The notes beneath the pieces are model-generated. The model did no database searches. It was not told where the DNA came from and worked only from the letters and a program-made list of their open reading frames with translations. From contig JACOWW010000005.1 in assembly GCA_016176605.1 (NCBI GenBank), positions 127-64,126 of the forward strand: a stretch of DNA of 64,000 nt, in the 5' to 3' direction. The DNA comes from Candidatus Saccharimonadota bacterium (GTDB taxonomy: Bacteria; Patescibacteriota; Saccharimonadia; Saccharimonadales; UBA10212). A program made the translations under genes and the position numbers. This document shows positions 45,724 to 55,435 of the stretch, piece by piece; position 1 is the first letter of the stretch, and the number at the start of each line of letters is the position of its first letter.

Positions 45724-46893
45724 TTATTTTTTATAAGAGGTGAACCCGCCTAAAAGCTGGATTGTTTTTTTGATGTCAGCTTCGGTAGTAGCGCGGCCAA
45801 AGCTAAAGCGCAAGGTGGAGCGGGCTTCTGCCTCGCTCAGGCCGATAGCTGCTAAGACGTGTGATGGTTCATCGCTGCTAGCGCTGCCCTGTACCGTCTG
45901 GTGCAGGGCGCTGCAAGCGCTGCCGGTGGCCGTCTGCACGCCCCGCTCGTCAAGTTCCATCATCAGCCGCTCGTTATCATAACCTGCAAAGGTGACGCTC
46001 AATATGTGCGGCGCGTGGTACTTACCCGACCCATTAATGGTCGCCTTTGGCACATTTTCTTTCAAACCAGATATAAATAGCTGCCTTAGGCTGGTGACTC
46101 TTTTGGCTTCACTTAGTCTCTTTGTGTTTGCCAGTTTAAGCGCCGTCGTAAAACCGATGGCGCCGGCGACATTTTCGGTGCCGGACCTCAGCCCGTTTTC
46201 CTGGCCGCCGCCCAAAATTAAAGGTTGCAGCTTAACGCCTGCCCGGACGTACAGAACGCCGCTTTGCTTCGGTCCATAAATCTTACCGCCGTTAATGGTC
46301 ATTAAATCGACGCCCAGCCGCGACATGTGCAAATCAAAATAGTTCGGCGCCTGGGCCGCATCGGTATGTAAATATAACGGTAGATCCTTTGGTCCGCGCA
46401 AATTACTTAACTTGTTAAGTATTTTGGCGATGTCGGCTAGCGGCTGGATGGTACCGATTTCGTTATTGACCAAGCCGATACTAACTAAAATGGTCTTAGC
46501 GTTAATCATTTTTTCTAATTTGCCAAGGTCTACCCGACCCTGGTTGTCTACAGGTACGACCCGGTGATTGAAGATGTTGGCTGGCGCCAAAATAGATTCG
46601 TGCTCGATGGCACTAACCAATATTTCACCTTTTGGGTATGCCCACATAACGCCCTGGATTGCCAAGTTGTTGGCTTCGGTGGCACCAGCTGTAAAGACGA
46701 CTTCGCCCGGCCGCGCGCCCAGTATCTGAGCAACTGTGCTCCTAGCGGCTGCCAGTGCCTGGTTAGCCGCTTTGCCAGCCAGATAAATTGACGAGGGGTT
46801 ATAAAACTGCTGCGAAAAGTATGGCTGCATAGCCATTACCACTCTTGGATCCATCGGAGTCGCCGCGGCGTAATCTAAATAAATATATTTCAC
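45724..46893 (-). CDS. iscS: Cysteine desulfurase (IscS/NifS)
   Basis: YLDYAAATP, HTDAAQ, GKIYGPK, RSGTEN, TGSACS. Confidence 0.93.
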   Translation of the reverse strand: MKYIYLDYAAATPMDPRVVMAMQPYFSQQFYNPSSIYLAGKAANQALAAARSTVAQILGARPGEVVFTAGATEANNLAIQGVMWAYPKGEILVSAIEHESILAPANIFNHRVVPVDNQGRVDLGKLEKMINAKTILVSIGLVNNEIGTIQPLADIAKILNKLSNLRGPKDLPLYLHTDAAQAPNYFDLHMSRLGVDLMTINGGKIYGPKQSGVLYVRAGVKLQPLILGGGQENGLRSGTENVAGAIGFTTALKLANTKRLSEAKRVTSLRQLFISGLKENVPKATINGSGKYHAPHILSVTFAGYDNERLMMELDERGVQTATGSACSALHQTVQGSASSDEPSHVLAAIGLSEAEARSTLRFSFGRATTEADIKKTIQLLGGFTSYKK

Positions 46894-47723
46894 AATATTT
46901 TCCCCGTTTGCGAGGTCCGTCCTTGCAAACCAAGGAGGTTGATAGCATTACGGGTGGTATAACTGGCCAGCTCATTTATATCTTCGCCGCGCAGCTCGGC
47001 TAGAAATTTAGCGATATCGAATATATGTTTTGGCTCGCAGATTTGGCCGCGGTATAGTTTGGGCGCCAAAAAAGGCGCGTCGGTTTCTAATAATAAGCGG
47101 TCTTTGGGCACTTTTTTGGCCACTGCCAGTTGCTCTTTATCAGTTGTAAAAGTCATGATGCCATTGAGTGCCACATAAAGCCCGCGGCTCAAAGATTGAT
47201 CCAGCTCTGTTTGGCTGGCGCTGAAGCTATGGACAACGCCGCGCACTCCTTGATAAGAGTCTATAATCTCAAAAAACTTAGCCCAAGCCTGCCCAGCACC
47301 AGACTTGTCTTGGTGCTGGGCATCGCGAATATGGAAGATATACGGCAAGCCGCTATCTAAGCTTGTTTCTATCTGGAGCCTAAATAGTTTTTCTTGGTCG
47401 GCTTTTGGTGAGTAGTTTTTATAAAAATCCAGGCCAATTTCTCCAACTGCCACAACCTTTTTACTACCAGACAACATTTTTCCCATTTCCAGGGTGCCAC
47501 CCTGGAAATTAAAGTCTTTGGCTTCGTGCGGGTGGACGCCGACTGTCGCCCAGATATTTTTATACTTATCGGCGTATTCAGTGGCTTTTTGGCTGTCGGA
47601 TACGGTTGTGCCGACGCAGATGAGCCGAGTTACGCCCACGTCATTAGCATCTTTGATGACTTGCTCGATATTGCCGGCGAGCTTATCAAATTGTAGGTGG
47701 CAGTGCGTATCTACGAATTCCAT
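46890..47723 (-). CDS. tatD: TatD family DNase
   Basis: DTHCH, GVHPH, GEIGLD, H.RDA, ETDAPFL. Confidence 0.95.
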   Translation of the reverse strand: MEFVDTHCHLQFDKLAGNIEQVIKDANDVGVTRLICVGTTVSDSQKATEYADKYKNIWATVGVHPHEAKDFNFQGGTLEMGKMLSGSKKVVAVGEIGLDFYKNYSPKADQEKLFRLQIETSLDSGLPYIFHIRDAQHQDKSGAGQAWAKFFEIIDSYQGVRGVVHSFSASQTELDQSLSRGLYVALNGIMTFTTDKEQLAVAKKVPKDRLLLETDAPFLAPKLYRGQICEPKHIFDIAKFLAELRGEDINELASYTTRNAINLLGLQGRTSQTGKIL

Positions 47724-47726
47724 GAA

Positions 47727-49190
47727 TCAAATTGCCGATGCAGAAGCGGCTTCGTTTTTGGGAAATAATGAACTCGGTAACGGTTTTAAAATCCCCGTGC
47801 TGAAAACTGATTGTATTTTGGCGGCTGTTTCGGGCATGAAGGGCACCAGCAAGCCGGCAATTTCCAGCAAGTTGGCCACAAGATTGGCCAGGACTTCGCG
47901 CAGATGTTCTTCGTCGCGTCCGCCAGCTGGCGGATTGGCGATTTCCCACGGTTTGGCTTCGTCTATATATTGGTTAAGGCCTTTCACCTGTTCCCAAACC
48001 AGCTCCAGCGCTTTGTCAAAACGGCACGAAAGCATTGCTTGCTGGAACGGAGCAATGTCATGCTGCGGCGGCGGGGTGTTGCCGATTATGCCGTTTTGAT
48101 ATTTGGTTATCATAGCAGCCGTTCTGGAAACAGCGTTGCCTAGCTGATCAGCCAGTTCGCTGTTGTAGGCCGCTTCAAAAAGCTCCCATGTAAAATCACC
48201 GTCGCTATAGCTCGGTATGTGCCGCAGGAAAAAGTAGCGGAAGGCATCAACACCGTATTTTTCAACGATTTCCAGAGGATCAACAACGTTACCTAGAGTT
48301 TTGCTCATCTTTTTACCGCCGCTGGTCACGAAACCGTGCACGTAAAGCATTTTTGGCACTGAGATGCCAAGCGCCAGCAGCATGCCGGGCCAGATAGCCG
48401 CATGGAAGCGCAAGATATCTTTGCCGATTACCTGTACGTCTGCCGGCCAGTAAGTTTTGAAGTCGGCGTGTTCCGGATAGCCAATAACCGTAATGTAATT
48501 CATCAGCGCTTCAAACCAGACGTACATAGTTTGAGTATCGTCGCCAGGCACTGGGATGCCCCAAGGTATCTTATTTTTGGGCCGGCTGACGGAAATATCT
48601 TGTAAACCTTCGTTTATGACTGCCATGATTTCATTTTTTCTAGAGGCAGGAACAATTTTGTATTGATCGGTTTCAATGACCTGCTTGACTTTGGCCGTGT
48701 ATTTGCTGAGGGTAAAAAAGTAGTTTTCTTCTTCGACCTTTTCATACGGGCGGTTGTGCAGCGGGCAGATACCTTTGGTTTTTTTGACGTAGGCTTCGTT
48801 TTTAAACTCTTCACAACCGACACAGTACATACCAACGTAAGCCTTTTTATAAATATCCTTAGCCAGCGTCCGCCAAATAAGCTGCGCCCTTTGTTCATGT
48901 CCCGAATCAGTCGTTCTAATAAAGCGGTCGTTACTGATATTGAGTTTTTTGAGGCCCTCACGAAACTGCACGCTGACTTGGTCGACGAATTGCTTGGGCG
49001 GCAGGCCGGCTTTTTGGGCCGCTTCGGCGACTTTGCCGCCGTGTTCATCTGTTCCGGCGCTAAATAAAACTTGCTCGCCAAGCTGACGGTGGTAGCGGGC
49101 CAGAACATCGGCGTACAAATGCAGCAAGGCATGCCCCAGGTGCGGCTTGTCATTTACATACGGGATTGCCGTCGCAACATAAAACTTCAT
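47727..49190 (-). CDS. metG: Methionine-tRNA ligase (short form)
   Basis: HLGH, GTDEHG, GKDILRFH, KMSKT. Confidence 0.96.
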   Translation of the reverse strand: MKFYVATAIPYVNDKPHLGHALLHLYADVLARYHRQLGEQVLFSAGTDEHGGKVAEAAQKAGLPPKQFVDQVSVQFREGLKKLNISNDRFIRTTDSGHEQRAQLIWRTLAKDIYKKAYVGMYCVGCEEFKNEAYVKKTKGICPLHNRPYEKVEEENYFFTLSKYTAKVKQVIETDQYKIVPASRKNEIMAVINEGLQDISVSRPKNKIPWGIPVPGDDTQTMYVWFEALMNYITVIGYPEHADFKTYWPADVQVIGKDILRFHAAIWPGMLLALGISVPKMLYVHGFVTSGGKKMSKTLGNVVDPLEIVEKYGVDAFRYFFLRHIPSYSDGDFTWELFEAAYNSELADQLGNAVSRTAAMITKYQNGIIGNTPPPQHDIAPFQQAMLSCRFDKALELVWEQVKGLNQYIDEAKPWEIANPPAGGRDEEHLREVLANLVANLLEIAGLLVPFMPETAAKIQSVFSTGILKPLPSSLFPKNEAASASAI

Positions 49191-49242
49191 CTGTTTTATT
49201 GTATCTTAACCCTCCTAAAGTTTCACGGAAACTTTTGACGGA

Positions 49243-49749
49243 TTAAAACAGCGTGCCCTGCTGGCTTATTTTGGGCGTAAAGTTAACATTCAATTGCTTG
49301 GCCAATCTCTTTAGAAATTCAACCTGGGCCGGTTGAAGTTTTGACGAAGCTGTATTGATATCGAACCAAAGCGCTTTATCGATTTCTGGGAATTCTTGCA
49401 TTTTACCGGATTTTGGCGGCCACTCCATCTCAAAGGCGTTACTTTGGACTTTATTTTCATTCACATCACCCTCTGCTGCCCAGGCGTGTATGGTTTTGCC
49501 ATCTTTTCTTTTTATTTCGCCCAGTTCTAGATATGGCTCGCTTGGCGGGGGCATTCCAATTTCTTCTTCATATTCACGTTTGGCGGCCGTAAATGGATCT
49601 TCATTGTCCTCATACAAGCCTTTTGGTATAGACCAATTTCCATTATCTTTTTTGACAAAAAATGGTCCCCCTGGATGGACTATCAAAACCTTTAACTCAC
49701 CTTCGTCAAATTTGTATAACAAAATCCCCGCACTCTGTTTTTTAGCCAT
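49243..49749 (-). CDS. NUDIX hydrolase (COG4119-like)
   Basis: SAGILLY, HPGGPF, WSIPKG, AKREYEEEIG, EWPPKSG..FPEID. Confidence 0.9.
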   Translation of the reverse strand: MAKKQSAGILLYKFDEGELKVLIVHPGGPFFVKKDNGNWSIPKGLYEDNEDPFTAAKREYEEEIGMPPPSEPYLELGEIKRKDGKTIHAWAAEGDVNENKVQSNAFEMEWPPKSGKMQEFPEIDKALWFDINTASSKLQPAQVEFLKRLAKQLNVNFTPKISQQGTLF

Positions 49750-49763
49750 GTGTCAATTATAAA

Positions 49764-49925
49764 CTACGGGTTACTTGAGAGGTGCCAAAGGTTGCAATGG
49801 CGGCATTTGTAGGCTTTGAGTTTCATGTCACGCCGCCACTTGATAACCCGGGCTTGGTCCTGCGCCTCTTTTTCGCTGTCGAAAGCTAGTTTATCGGCGC
49901 ACTCTAATCCTGGAATATCATCCAT
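49764..49925 (-). CDS. 53-aa putative Zn-binding protein (not in the ORF track)
   Basis: MDDIPGLECADKLAFDSEKEA...YKCRHCNLWHLSSNP; C..K..F / CxxC..WH pattern. Confidence 0.65.
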   Translation of the reverse strand: MDDIPGLECADKLAFDSEKEAQDQARVIKWRRDMKLKAYKCRHCNLWHLSSNP

Positions 49926-50055
49926 ATCTAAATTATATTCTTGTTTGATCTCTTTGCTTCATGTAACAAAAATCAGCGATCGCTGATTTTTGTTACATGG
50001 TTTCATGATTAAAACGAATGTTGTGTGAATAATTCAGTCCGTTAACTTGGTGAAG

Positions 50056-51333
50056 TTATTTCATAGGGCCGATGAATTCTTTGCAGAAAAGTTCAAAGAT
50101 GGAATTAGTCCAGCCAAAGCCCGTCTGGCTTGGATATACCCCTTTGGCCGGTGGCTTACCAGGCGTTACTACATTGTACTTTTCCAAAAAAACGCCGTAT
50201 CTGTTGAACCAGTCAAGATTAGTTTTTAGCCATTTTAGGGCAATCCGCCGAGCATCTTCGTGATAGCCATAACGCTGTAAGCCTTTAACCACAATAAAGT
50301 GCAGTGGTGCCCAACCATTGGGATAAGCCCACTGCATAGGCTGAGCACCCGGCATTAACTGGCTAACCTGCGCATTATCGGTCGTAGCCAAACCGCCCCT
50401 TTTTTCAAATTTGCGTAAATCGGAAACTAGATGTAGTGCCTGTTTGTTGCTGGCTAAACCGGTCCAGATAGTGTAATAGGCCGCCAGCGAATCAACGTTG
50501 TTTCGCTTTCGCTTGACATAGTTGTAGTCATAATAAAAGCTGCGCAAATCGCTCCACATTAGTCGGTTGATAGTCATCCGTCGGTCATGGGCAGCCTTTT
50601 CCCATTGGTCAGCCTCTTTATCTTTACCGAGTATGCGATCAGCACGAGCAAAATCCCGTTCGTACTTATAAAGTAAGCAGTTTAAATCTACCGGTAAATA
50701 GTTTAGGGCGTGGTGGTTGAAGCGCGGCGTGAAATCCCAGCCACTTTCGGTCTCGGCCAAGTTATCAAGGTAATTAATATCATAGTAACGGCTAAGGCCT
50801 TGGTAAACTAGGCGGGCGTTTGGTTTTTTATCGCCCATCCAGACAGTCCGGTACTCATCTTTGGCAACGGCCATGGTCTTGGCCAACCATTGTTTATCCA
50901 GATTATAAACTTTGTAAACATCCATAATGAAACTAGTCAGAAACGGCGGTTGGGAACGGCCCATTAGATAAGTGCGAGAGGCATTGGGGATTATATTGAA
51001 ACGCTGGAATAGGCTGAGTAAATCTTCTAAGATACCGAGTACTAGTTTTTTGTGTTCTTGGTCAAGAATGCCCTGGATGATAAAATAGCTGTCCCAGTAG
51101 TAGAGTTCGTCAAAGTCAAATTCGTGGCCTGCCTCGTGGGCCGGCACTAAGTACGGTTCCGGAAGACCCAGCAGGTTGTCGTTATCTTGAGGGTGGAAGC
51201 GAGTCAGTTTTGGCCAATAAGCAGCGATGTATTCGCGGGCCGCTCGAACATCAGCAGCAGTCAGTTCTTTGTCGACTATCCTCAATAATCTGGGGAGGTG
51301 TTTTGTCAAATTGTTTGTTTTGGATAAAACCAC
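50056..51333 (-). CDS. Trehalase (GH37)
   Basis: ELYYWDSY, GRSQPP, ESGWDF, QWAYPNGWAP, EKY, GFGWTN. Confidence 0.92.
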   Translation of the reverse strand: MVLSKTNNLTKHLPRLLRIVDKELTAADVRAAREYIAAYWPKLTRFHPQDNDNLLGLPEPYLVPAHEAGHEFDFDELYYWDSYFIIQGILDQEHKKLVLGILEDLLSLFQRFNIIPNASRTYLMGRSQPPFLTSFIMDVYKVYNLDKQWLAKTMAVAKDEYRTVWMGDKKPNARLVYQGLSRYYDINYLDNLAETESGWDFTPRFNHHALNYLPVDLNCLLYKYERDFARADRILGKDKEADQWEKAAHDRRMTINRLMWSDLRSFYYDYNYVKRKRNNVDSLAAYYTIWTGLASNKQALHLVSDLRKFEKRGGLATTDNAQVSQLMPGAQPMQWAYPNGWAPLHFIVVKGLQRYGYHEDARRIALKWLKTNLDWFNRYGVFLEKYNVVTPGKPPAKGVYPSQTGFGWTNSIFELFCKEFIGPMK

Positions 51334-51537
51334 ATTTTTAGGTTATGCCTAATGGGCCAGCTAGTCAATTAGCTGGTACTAATTTAGAAAAGAAAGGGAG
51401 GGAGCCCATGGGGCGAACCCAGCCGTAGATGCTCAGAGCATCTACGGCTGGGCGAGAACTTGTGCAGCTTCTTCAGCGCGCGGCGCTGGCGAAGGTGTGG
51501 CGGCCAGCCAGTTCCTCTCTGTTGGGTTTCTCTGGCC

Positions 51538-51744
51538 CTACACAACAGCCGATTCTGCCACCGTTTGCGTCTGCTCCTTGAGCCCAAGGCGTACTTCGGC
51601 CTTTGCAGCAGACATCTGTCGTTTCAGCTCTCGCTTAGATATCCGAGCGCCAAGCTGTCGATAACGGCGGCGACCGGCTGCCTGGTCGCCACTGAGGAAG
51701 CACTTTGCTGCCTCGAGCGCCAGCGGATGAATCTTTTTCGCCAT
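51538..51744 (-). CDS. Small basic hypothetical protein (68 aa)
   Basis: AGGAGG RBS before ATG 51744. Confidence 0.5.
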   Translation of the reverse strand: MAKKIHPLALEAAKCFLSGDQAAGRRRYRQLGARISKRELKRQMSAAKAEVRLGLKEQTQTVAESAVV

Positions 51745-52098
51745 CACTCCTCCTGTCAGTTTTGCCTTTACAAATCTGCCTGCGGATCGAGTGTTAGTCA
51801 CCTCCCTTTCTTTATAGATTGTGTGGTACAACCCACCTCACATTAGCGGGTCCCGTTTCTTTGGAGCCTTGCGGCCCCATCCCTCACCTCCCGTAGTGAA
51901 AAAGGTGAGGGATGGAGCCCCGACTTACGCATCTGGATGCAGTGCAAGGAAGCGACGAGGAGCGAGCGAGCCGTATACAGACATACGGTAAGCGAGCCCC
52001 GCAGGAAGCTGACACAGCAATGCGCCAGAAGCGCTAGCGGTGCGGCCCCGCCACGGCGGGGACGGCAGGCTAGTGCGGTGCGTGGGTCGGGAGGCAAC

Positions 52099-52232
52099 AA
52101 AAAAACCGGACTCTTTTTGCTGTAGAGTCCGGTTTGTTGCTTCTTCTGGTCGAATGGTTCTTAAACGCGAACTACAGCATCATCTCGCATGACGAGGATG
52201 ATAAAACCTGTAAATACGCGCTTTTGGACCAT
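52099..52232 (-). promoter_or_regulatory. Leader-peptide/terminator (attenuator-like) unit
   Basis: uORF MVQKRVFTGFIILVMRDDAVVRV, then hairpin ACCGGACTCT/AGAGTCCGGT with a T7 tail. Confidence 0.5.
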
Positions 52233-52240
52233 GCGTACTG

Positions 52241-52888
52241 TTATACGCCTCTGACACTTAACCTGTCAAGCACTTTGAATTTTCTGGTATAAATGTCAAT
52301 CAGAACCAACAGCAAAACTACTCCGTAAAAATACCAAACCCAGCGGAACCAGCCGTGCTGGAGGTTTCCGCCCAGGCGCAGGCCATGATAAAAAATGGCG
52401 ACCATAGCAGCATCACCGGCGTACTCGAAATATCTCCACCACTTCTTGCCCCTGTACCTAAAACGAAGTTCATACGCCAAAAAGACAAACCAACTAACCG
52501 TGCCCAAAATAGCGACCCATTTTAGTGGCGGCGCTACGTAATGTTGCAAATAACTCTCAGGAGGGAGTCCGAAACCGTCACGCCACAACTGCCACCACAG
52601 TAGACCAGGATGTGCCAAAATAGCCGCTAAGATCAAAATACTAAGGATTTTGTAATAATTACCCAGCTCCGAGGCTTCAATTTTAAAGCGGCGCCGCAAA
52701 AATCCGACCGCGTACACGGATAGCATCAGGCTAAAGGCCAGCAGGCCGAAAAGAGGAAATATTCGATAGGTCGAGAGGTCGTTGAAATTCCAACGCACTC
52801 CCTGCCCCCAGGCAACCACTGCCAATAGCGCCACAAACGTACTAATAAACCACGCAATTATCCTTGTAGATTGCGTAGAAAGTTTCAT
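52241..52888 (-). CDS. Six-TM protein, ferric-reductase-TM-like
   Basis: His in TM segments (LAHP, FYHG); adjacent to cupredoxin-like and VKOR genes. Confidence 0.55.
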   Translation of the reverse strand: MKLSTQSTRIIAWFISTFVALLAVVAWGQGVRWNFNDLSTYRIFPLFGLLAFSLMLSVYAVGFLRRRFKIEASELGNYYKILSILILAAILAHPGLLWWQLWRDGFGLPPESYLQHYVAPPLKWVAILGTVSWFVFLAYELRFRYRGKKWWRYFEYAGDAAMVAIFYHGLRLGGNLQHGWFRWVWYFYGVVLLLVLIDIYTRKFKVLDRLSVRGV

Positions 52889-52898
52889 CCGTCCTTAT

Positions 52899-53342
52899 TT
52901 AACGGACAACAATAGTACCGGTTTGAGTGGGATCAAGGTGGTTATGATAACCCCAGGAACCAACTTGGCTAATACTAAAACTAGTATTTTTGCCAACCTC
53001 TATCTGGCCCAGGTTTAATTCCGTATTGTCGGTATGTACCGGATGCGGAGTAGATTCAACATCGACAGGAACTGAAGAATCGTTCTTAATTGTGATAGTG
53101 TCGCCTTTGTTAACCGTGACTTGGCTGGGGCTGAAAAGGCTGCCGTTATAAGTAATTACCGTTGCTTCGTTCGTCGCCGAAGGCTCGGCATTATTAGTGG
53201 TTGGCTGTTGCGGCGAAGAGGTTGTCGGCTGGTTTGTGCTTTGTTGACCACCGTCGTCATTGTTCCCGCCAAAAACCAAGACAGCAGCTATCACCAAAGC
53301 TATGCCAACAAGACCAGTTACGATTATGCCTGATTTACCCAT
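52899..53342 (-). CDS. Membrane-anchored cupredoxin-like protein
   Basis: FSPSQVTVNKGDTITIKN, HPVH, G.WGYHNHL, GTIVV. Confidence 0.8.
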   Translation of the reverse strand: MGKSGIIVTGLVGIALVIAAVLVFGGNNDDGGQQSTNQPTTSSPQQPTTNNAEPSATNEATVITYNGSLFSPSQVTVNKGDTITIKNDSSVPVDVESTPHPVHTDNTELNLGQIEVGKNTSFSISQVGSWGYHNHLDPTQTGTIVVR

Positions 53343-53394
53343 CTAAAAACCTCCGCTTTTATAGATTTATTATAACCTACCCTTAAGCTGGTTT

Positions 53395-54024
53395 TTAAAA
53401 CAGGGTCTGCCAATAATACCAAAAGTGGGTCAACAAAATGCCAAAGAATATAACATACCAGGTAGTTAGAACTTCCCAGTGGAAGCGCAGCAAAAAATGC
53501 TTGATTTTTTCGCCTAGTCCAAGCTTAATATTACCGGCCTGCAGATTATAAAGGGTGGTGTAAAGCAACACCGGCGGCATTATCACCCATACAACAAAAC
53601 AATACGGACAAATGGCATTTATTCGGTAAACCCCCTCAAAAAACAGATACAAAGAAAAAATAAAGCCAGCTAAAACTCCAGTGTTCAGCAGCTGCCAAAT
53701 TTTTTTGTGAACTTTTGAGCCAGTGGCCAGTAGCAACCCGACAAATAACAGTACGCTAAAACCAGCGATGCCAAAAACGGTATTGGGCAGTCCCAACAAA
53801 TCGGCTTGCTCGGTTTTCATTACCGTACCGCAGCTAATTATCGGGTTGATGTTGCACGACGGCACATAGGACGGGTCTTTGAGGTAGTGGATTTTGTCAT
53901 AGGTCAGCACAAATGAAGCCGCTAAGCCGACAGTAGCCGCAACCATATACAGATACGGTAGTTTAAACCGATGTTTCACAGTTATATTATGGATGGCCGT
54001 CAACGCCTTAATTATCCTACACAC
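53395..54024 (-). CDS. Vitamin K epoxide reductase (VKOR) family protein
   Basis: CNINPIISCGTVM, GLPN, ICPYC. Confidence 0.93.
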   Translation of the reverse strand: MCRIIKALTAIHNITVKHRFKLPYLYMVAATVGLAASFVLTYDKIHYLKDPSYVPSCNINPIISCGTVMKTEQADLLGLPNTVFGIAGFSVLLFVGLLLATGSKVHKKIWQLLNTGVLAGFIFSLYLFFEGVYRINAICPYCFVVWVIMPPVLLYTTLYNLQAGNIKLGLGEKIKHFLLRFHWEVLTTWYVIFFGILLTHFWYYWQTLF

Positions 54025-54058
54025 ATAGAAATTTTAGAAGGGCGCAGGTAAGTAAAGG

Positions 54059-55432
54059 CTAGTCCTTTAGTTTTTTAGCCAGCCGGAGGTAATACTCTGG
54101 GTCACGCCGGCCACTGTCGAGATAGGCTTCTTGTAGTTTGGTCAGGATTTGGCCAAAGCCCGGCCCCGCGGCTAAATCCGGAAAGTGCCGAGCCAGCCAA
54201 TGACCGTCAATACCTAAATCTTTTTTTAGCGACGGGGTGCGTTTTTGTGGCGGCCGGCTCTGATAGGCGCGCCAAAGCGATTCAACTTGGCCAAAGCGCG
54301 GTTTGGCCCTAAGCCGGCCATGCCAGCTAGCAGCGGCGTCGGCCCGATGCAGTTCAAATAAATCACCGAATGCCGAATGAGGCAGCACTTTGTGCTGGCG
54401 GCTGGGCTTCATCTTGGGTAAATCATCAATGTTAATGTGGTGGTATATCATCCAGCAGATATTTTCGATGTCGCTTTTAGAAAAACGCAGGCGGTTGAGA
54501 ACTTTCCTGGCCATTTCGGCGCCAATCTCATAATGGCGGTTAAAGCGGATCCGGTCATCGGTTGAGACCGGCAAGGTTTGGGTTTCGGTTTTACCAATAT
54601 CGTGCAGTAGTGCCGCCCAGACCAGCTGGCGGCTAGGATGTTTTGGCAAGGCTTCCATTACTAAGAGCTGGTGCGCCCAGACATCGCCCTCGGCGTGGAA
54701 CTGTTTAGGCTGCTGGTAGAGTTTGCCGGCGGCGACTTCGGGCAGAAACTCCTCAAGCAGGCCAAAATAATCCAGATCTTCCAGAGCTTGGCGGCGCGAG
54801 GGGTGGATTATCATTAGCGTTAATTCTTGGCGCAGACGGTCAACGGCTATGGCCTTATGCCTGCCTGAGCCGACGGCAGCCTTGATGGCTTTAACGGTTT
54901 CGGGGGCGTAAGCAAAACCCAGATCGTTGCGCAGGCGGATGGCCCGCAAAATACGCAGGGGGTCTTCTTTAATCCGCTGGCCCGCCGGGCCGATAAAACG
55001 AATTGTTTTTGTTTCTAGATCATCTAGCCCGCTGGCAAAGTCAATGACCTGGTCAGTCTGGAAATCCAGGGCCAGGGCATTGATGGTAAAATCCCGTCGC
55101 GCTAAGTCTTCCTCTAAGCTGGCAAACTCGACCTGCGTACGTTTGCGCCCGCGGTGGGCTCCAATGTCTTTGCGAAAAGTCGCCAGTTCCGTAACGTGGC
55201 CGCCAAATTTGATACGCGTGACTCCGTAAGCCTGAGCGGTATCTTTATAAATCGCTGATTCTAAACCCCGTACCGCCTCAATTTGCTGGGGCAAAGCATT
55301 GGTAGCCAGATCAAAATCTTTTGGCTGGCGCCCCAGCAGCCTGTCGCGGACACAGCCGCCAATAAAGTAAACTTCGAAGCCGGCGTCGCTAAGTAATTGC
55401 GCCACTTGGCGGGCTGCCTGATAGGCACTCAC
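54059..55432 (-). CDS. CCA-adding enzyme/poly(A) polymerase family protein with HD domain
   Basis: GGCVRD, DFD, RRDFTINA, EDPLRILRA, H.EGDV..H, LLHDIGK. Confidence 0.93.
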   Translation of the reverse strand: MSAYQAARQVAQLLSDAGFEVYFIGGCVRDRLLGRQPKDFDLATNALPQQIEAVRGLESAIYKDTAQAYGVTRIKFGGHVTELATFRKDIGAHRGRKRTQVEFASLEEDLARRDFTINALALDFQTDQVIDFASGLDDLETKTIRFIGPAGQRIKEDPLRILRAIRLRNDLGFAYAPETVKAIKAAVGSGRHKAIAVDRLRQELTLMIIHPSRRQALEDLDYFGLLEEFLPEVAAGKLYQQPKQFHAEGDVWAHQLLVMEALPKHPSRQLVWAALLHDIGKTETQTLPVSTDDRIRFNRHYEIGAEMARKVLNRLRFSKSDIENICWMIYHHINIDDLPKMKPSRQHKVLPHSAFGDLFELHRADAAASWHGRLRAKPRFGQVESLWRAYQSRPPQKRTPSLKKDLGIDGHWLARHFPDLAAGPGFGQILTKLQEAYLDSGRRDPEYYLRLAKKLKD

Positions 55433-55435
55433 AAT

